Shown here: in pieces, positions 62,590 to 64,000 of the stretch
How positions within the stretch are numbered: the stretch's first letter is position 1
How the letters are laid out: the number at the start of each line of letters is the position of its first letter
DNA from: a virus
IMG/VR virus record: IMGVR_UViG_3300025834_000005
Strand: one strand, 5' to 3'
DNA: 64,000 nucleotides
Translations under genes and position numbers: made by a program
The notes under the pieces: generated by a model
Seen by the model: only the letters and a program-made list of their open reading frames with translations
Databases searched by the model: none
Told to the model about the DNA's origin: nothing

Positions 62590-63441
62590 ATGATACCAAG
62601 TATAGGAATACCGATGATGTTAGTGGGTGGATCGTTTGAGGCTACTTTTAGTTCGCCAGCATTGGCAACTTATTATAGAAATACTAACGCTCTTCAAGCT
62701 AATGCATATGGTAATACATTAGCTGAATTCACAGCATTCTATGTTGGAACTACTTTAGAATCAATGCTTGCCGCTGGTACTATGAAAATACCTTTAAACG
62801 GTTATCAATGGTTTTTAGTACCTGAAACAGGTAATTATAAAATTGAAGCTCAGGGCGGTATTGGTGGTTATACAAATGTTTCAGGAAGAACTGGTTGTAA
62901 TTTAAAAGCAACATTTTCATTAGCTAAAAATGACATTTTATGGATTGCATGTGGTCGTGCAGGTTCAACTGGCAATGAATTAGCAAATGATAGATGTTCA
63001 GCTGGTGGTGGTGGTGCTACTGTTGTTGCTTATACGCCATCAGATACATCAATATCTAAAGTATCTATAGGTAGCATTACTCGATGCCTTATAATGGCTG
63101 CTGGTGGATTAGGAGCAAAAGAAAATATTCGAAATGGTGGTTTAAGACCAGCAGTATCACGTTCAGCTATTCCTTTAGACGGTACTCAATTTGGCTTTAA
63201 TGCTTTTAAATTGAATACAGTTAATGGTGTAGCTGGAGGTTATGGTGGTTATTATGGTTGTGGTGGTTTTATGGGTGGTAGCGCAACAGACGATAGCGAG
63301 GGCGGTGCTGGTGGTTATAATAATATGTGGGTAATCAACCCAAATAGTTTTGTAGACCCTTCAGGAACTAATATAACGAGAATAGATGAGGGTAATTTAA
63401 TATGGCCAGCTTCTGGATATGTAAAAATAACAAAAATATAA
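62590..63441 (+). CDS. Glycine-rich-domain protein (fibre-associated)
   Basis: GYQWFLVPETGNYKIEAQGGIGGY...GGGGATVVA...AAGGLGAKE...GGYGGYYGCGGFMGG...GGAGGY resembles the bacterial/phage glycine-rich domain family. Confidence 0.55.
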   Translation: MIPSIGIPMMLVGGSFEATFSSPALATYYRNTNALQANAYGNTLAEFTAFYVGTTLESMLAAGTMKIPLNGYQWFLVPETGNYKIEAQGGIGGYTNVSGRTGCNLKATFSLAKNDILWIACGRAGSTGNELANDRCSAGGGGATVVAYTPSDTSISKVSIGSITRCLIMAAGGLGAKENIRNGGLRPAVSRSAIPLDGTQFGFNAFKLNTVNGVAGGYGGYYGCGGFMGGSATDDSEGGAGGYNNMWVINPNSFVDPSGTNITRIDEGNLIWPASGYVKITKI

Positions 63442-63453
63442 AAATAGAAATTA

Positions 63454-63747
63454 ATGAAAATAGACAAACCAACAATTAATGATTTTACTAATGCACCGCA
63501 TACACATTCAGATGCAATAAATGGTGGACTAATTATTGATAATAATGTCGAGATAAATATTGATTTTACTGTTGTAACTCCATTAGTATATAACGTACCG
63601 AAAGCGATGATGCTTACTTCTCAAATAAGCGAGGGTTCAGCTGCTACATTAAGTACGCCATTAAATACAAATATGCCTAAATATAGAAAACTGATAATAA
63701 CACCAACTCAGATCGGATTGGTGACATTAATTGGACATTTAAATTAA
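63454..63747 (+). CDS. Hypothetical protein (97 aa)
   Basis: ORF in the fibre operon. Confidence 0.45.
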   Translation: MKIDKPTINDFTNAPHTHSDAINGGLIIDNNVEINIDFTVVTPLVYNVPKAMMLTSQISEGSAATLSTPLNTNMPKYRKLIITPTQIGLVTLIGHLN

Positions 63748-63754
63748 AAATAGT

Positions 63755-64000
63755 ATGAGAGAATATATACAAGTAAATCCCGTTGGTGGCGGCTCAACAC
63801 CTGTACTTCCTTGGGTTGAGCCTTCAGATTGGATAGATATTTCTGTGGTTGGAAATAATGAAATAAATTTATTAGTTACAAACAGTGCTTTAATTGCTTT
63901 TATTACTAAAGTGAATACAGGTACAGGAACGTTTTCAGTTGATTGGGGTGATGGTATTATCGAAGATAATTTGGTGGGTGATGGTACAACAGTATTTCAA
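63755..64000 (+). CDS. Hypothetical fibre-module protein, 5' part only (runs off the window)
   Basis: My translation from the ATG at 63755 is open to the window end: MREYIQVNPVGGGSTPVLPWVEPSDWIDISVVGNNEINLLVTNSALIAFITKVNTGTGTFSVDWGDGIIEDNLVGDGTTVFQ. Confidence 0.5.
   Translation, partial: MREYIQVNPVGGGSTPVLPWVEPSDWIDISVVGNNEINLLVTNSALIAFITKVNTGTGTFSVDWGDGIIEDNLVGDGTTVFQ

Noticed and set aside
1-64000. A prophage boundary or lysogeny module (integrase, repressor, att sites).
   Set aside because: No integrase-, recombinase- or CI-like ORF or flanking bacterial gene is visible. The whole window is phage-like, so nothing supports an integrated element edge here.

Overview
This window is a densely coded, AT-rich stretch of a dsDNA tailed-phage genome. 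I saw no rRNA, tRNA, CRISPR array, integrase or repressor. All homology calls are made by eye from motif patterns I remember, with no searches run.

Structural core. The phage has a T4-like contractile-tail core:
- Head and packaging: portal, prohead protease, acidic scaffold, gp23-like major capsid protein and large terminase.
- Tail: sheath, tube, tape measure and a gp5/gpV-like spike.
- At least two long tail fibres, plus several unassigned baseplate/fibre proteins.
- The structural genes are scrambled into about 12 strand-alternating blocks. Most blocks are bounded by A-run/hairpin/T-run terminators.

Non-structural blocks interleaved with the structural ones:
- PhoH, two glycosyltransferases and a sigma-like factor (14.4-18.6 kb).
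- A KTSC-domain protein, dUTPase, an unusually long ThyA homolog and small ORFs (30.4-34.3 kb).
- A UvrD-like helicase (36.3-38.6 kb).

Regulation and host. Structural blocks are preceded by about 20 copies of a directional (G/C)TATTTATAT-type motif, a candidate late promoter. The three non-structural transcription units that have a recognisable promoter carry CTTGC-N20-TAnnTTTG instead. That is the Bacteroidetes sigma-A architecture, and no Shine-Dalgarno sequences are visible. A Bacteroidetes (Flavobacteriia-like) host is therefore my inference.

Most interesting observations:
1. The large terminase is 'fractured'. An intein is split at an atypical site, after roughly 30 residues. Its N-fragment continues in frame into about 400 aa ending in a Vsr/PD-(D/E)XK-like endonuclease. 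The C-fragment ORF overlaps it in ATGCTGA.
2. A 154-aa ORF in the early nucleotide-metabolism block is a clear paralog of the C-terminal third of the major capsid protein.
3. A phage sigma-like gene sits directly upstream of the first late-motif-driven operon.
4. An A9/T9 slippery tract with an open -1 frame lies at the end of the gene upstream of the tape measure.
5. An 86-nt G/C-enriched multi-hairpin element with repeated GGTAA units lies between convergent units.
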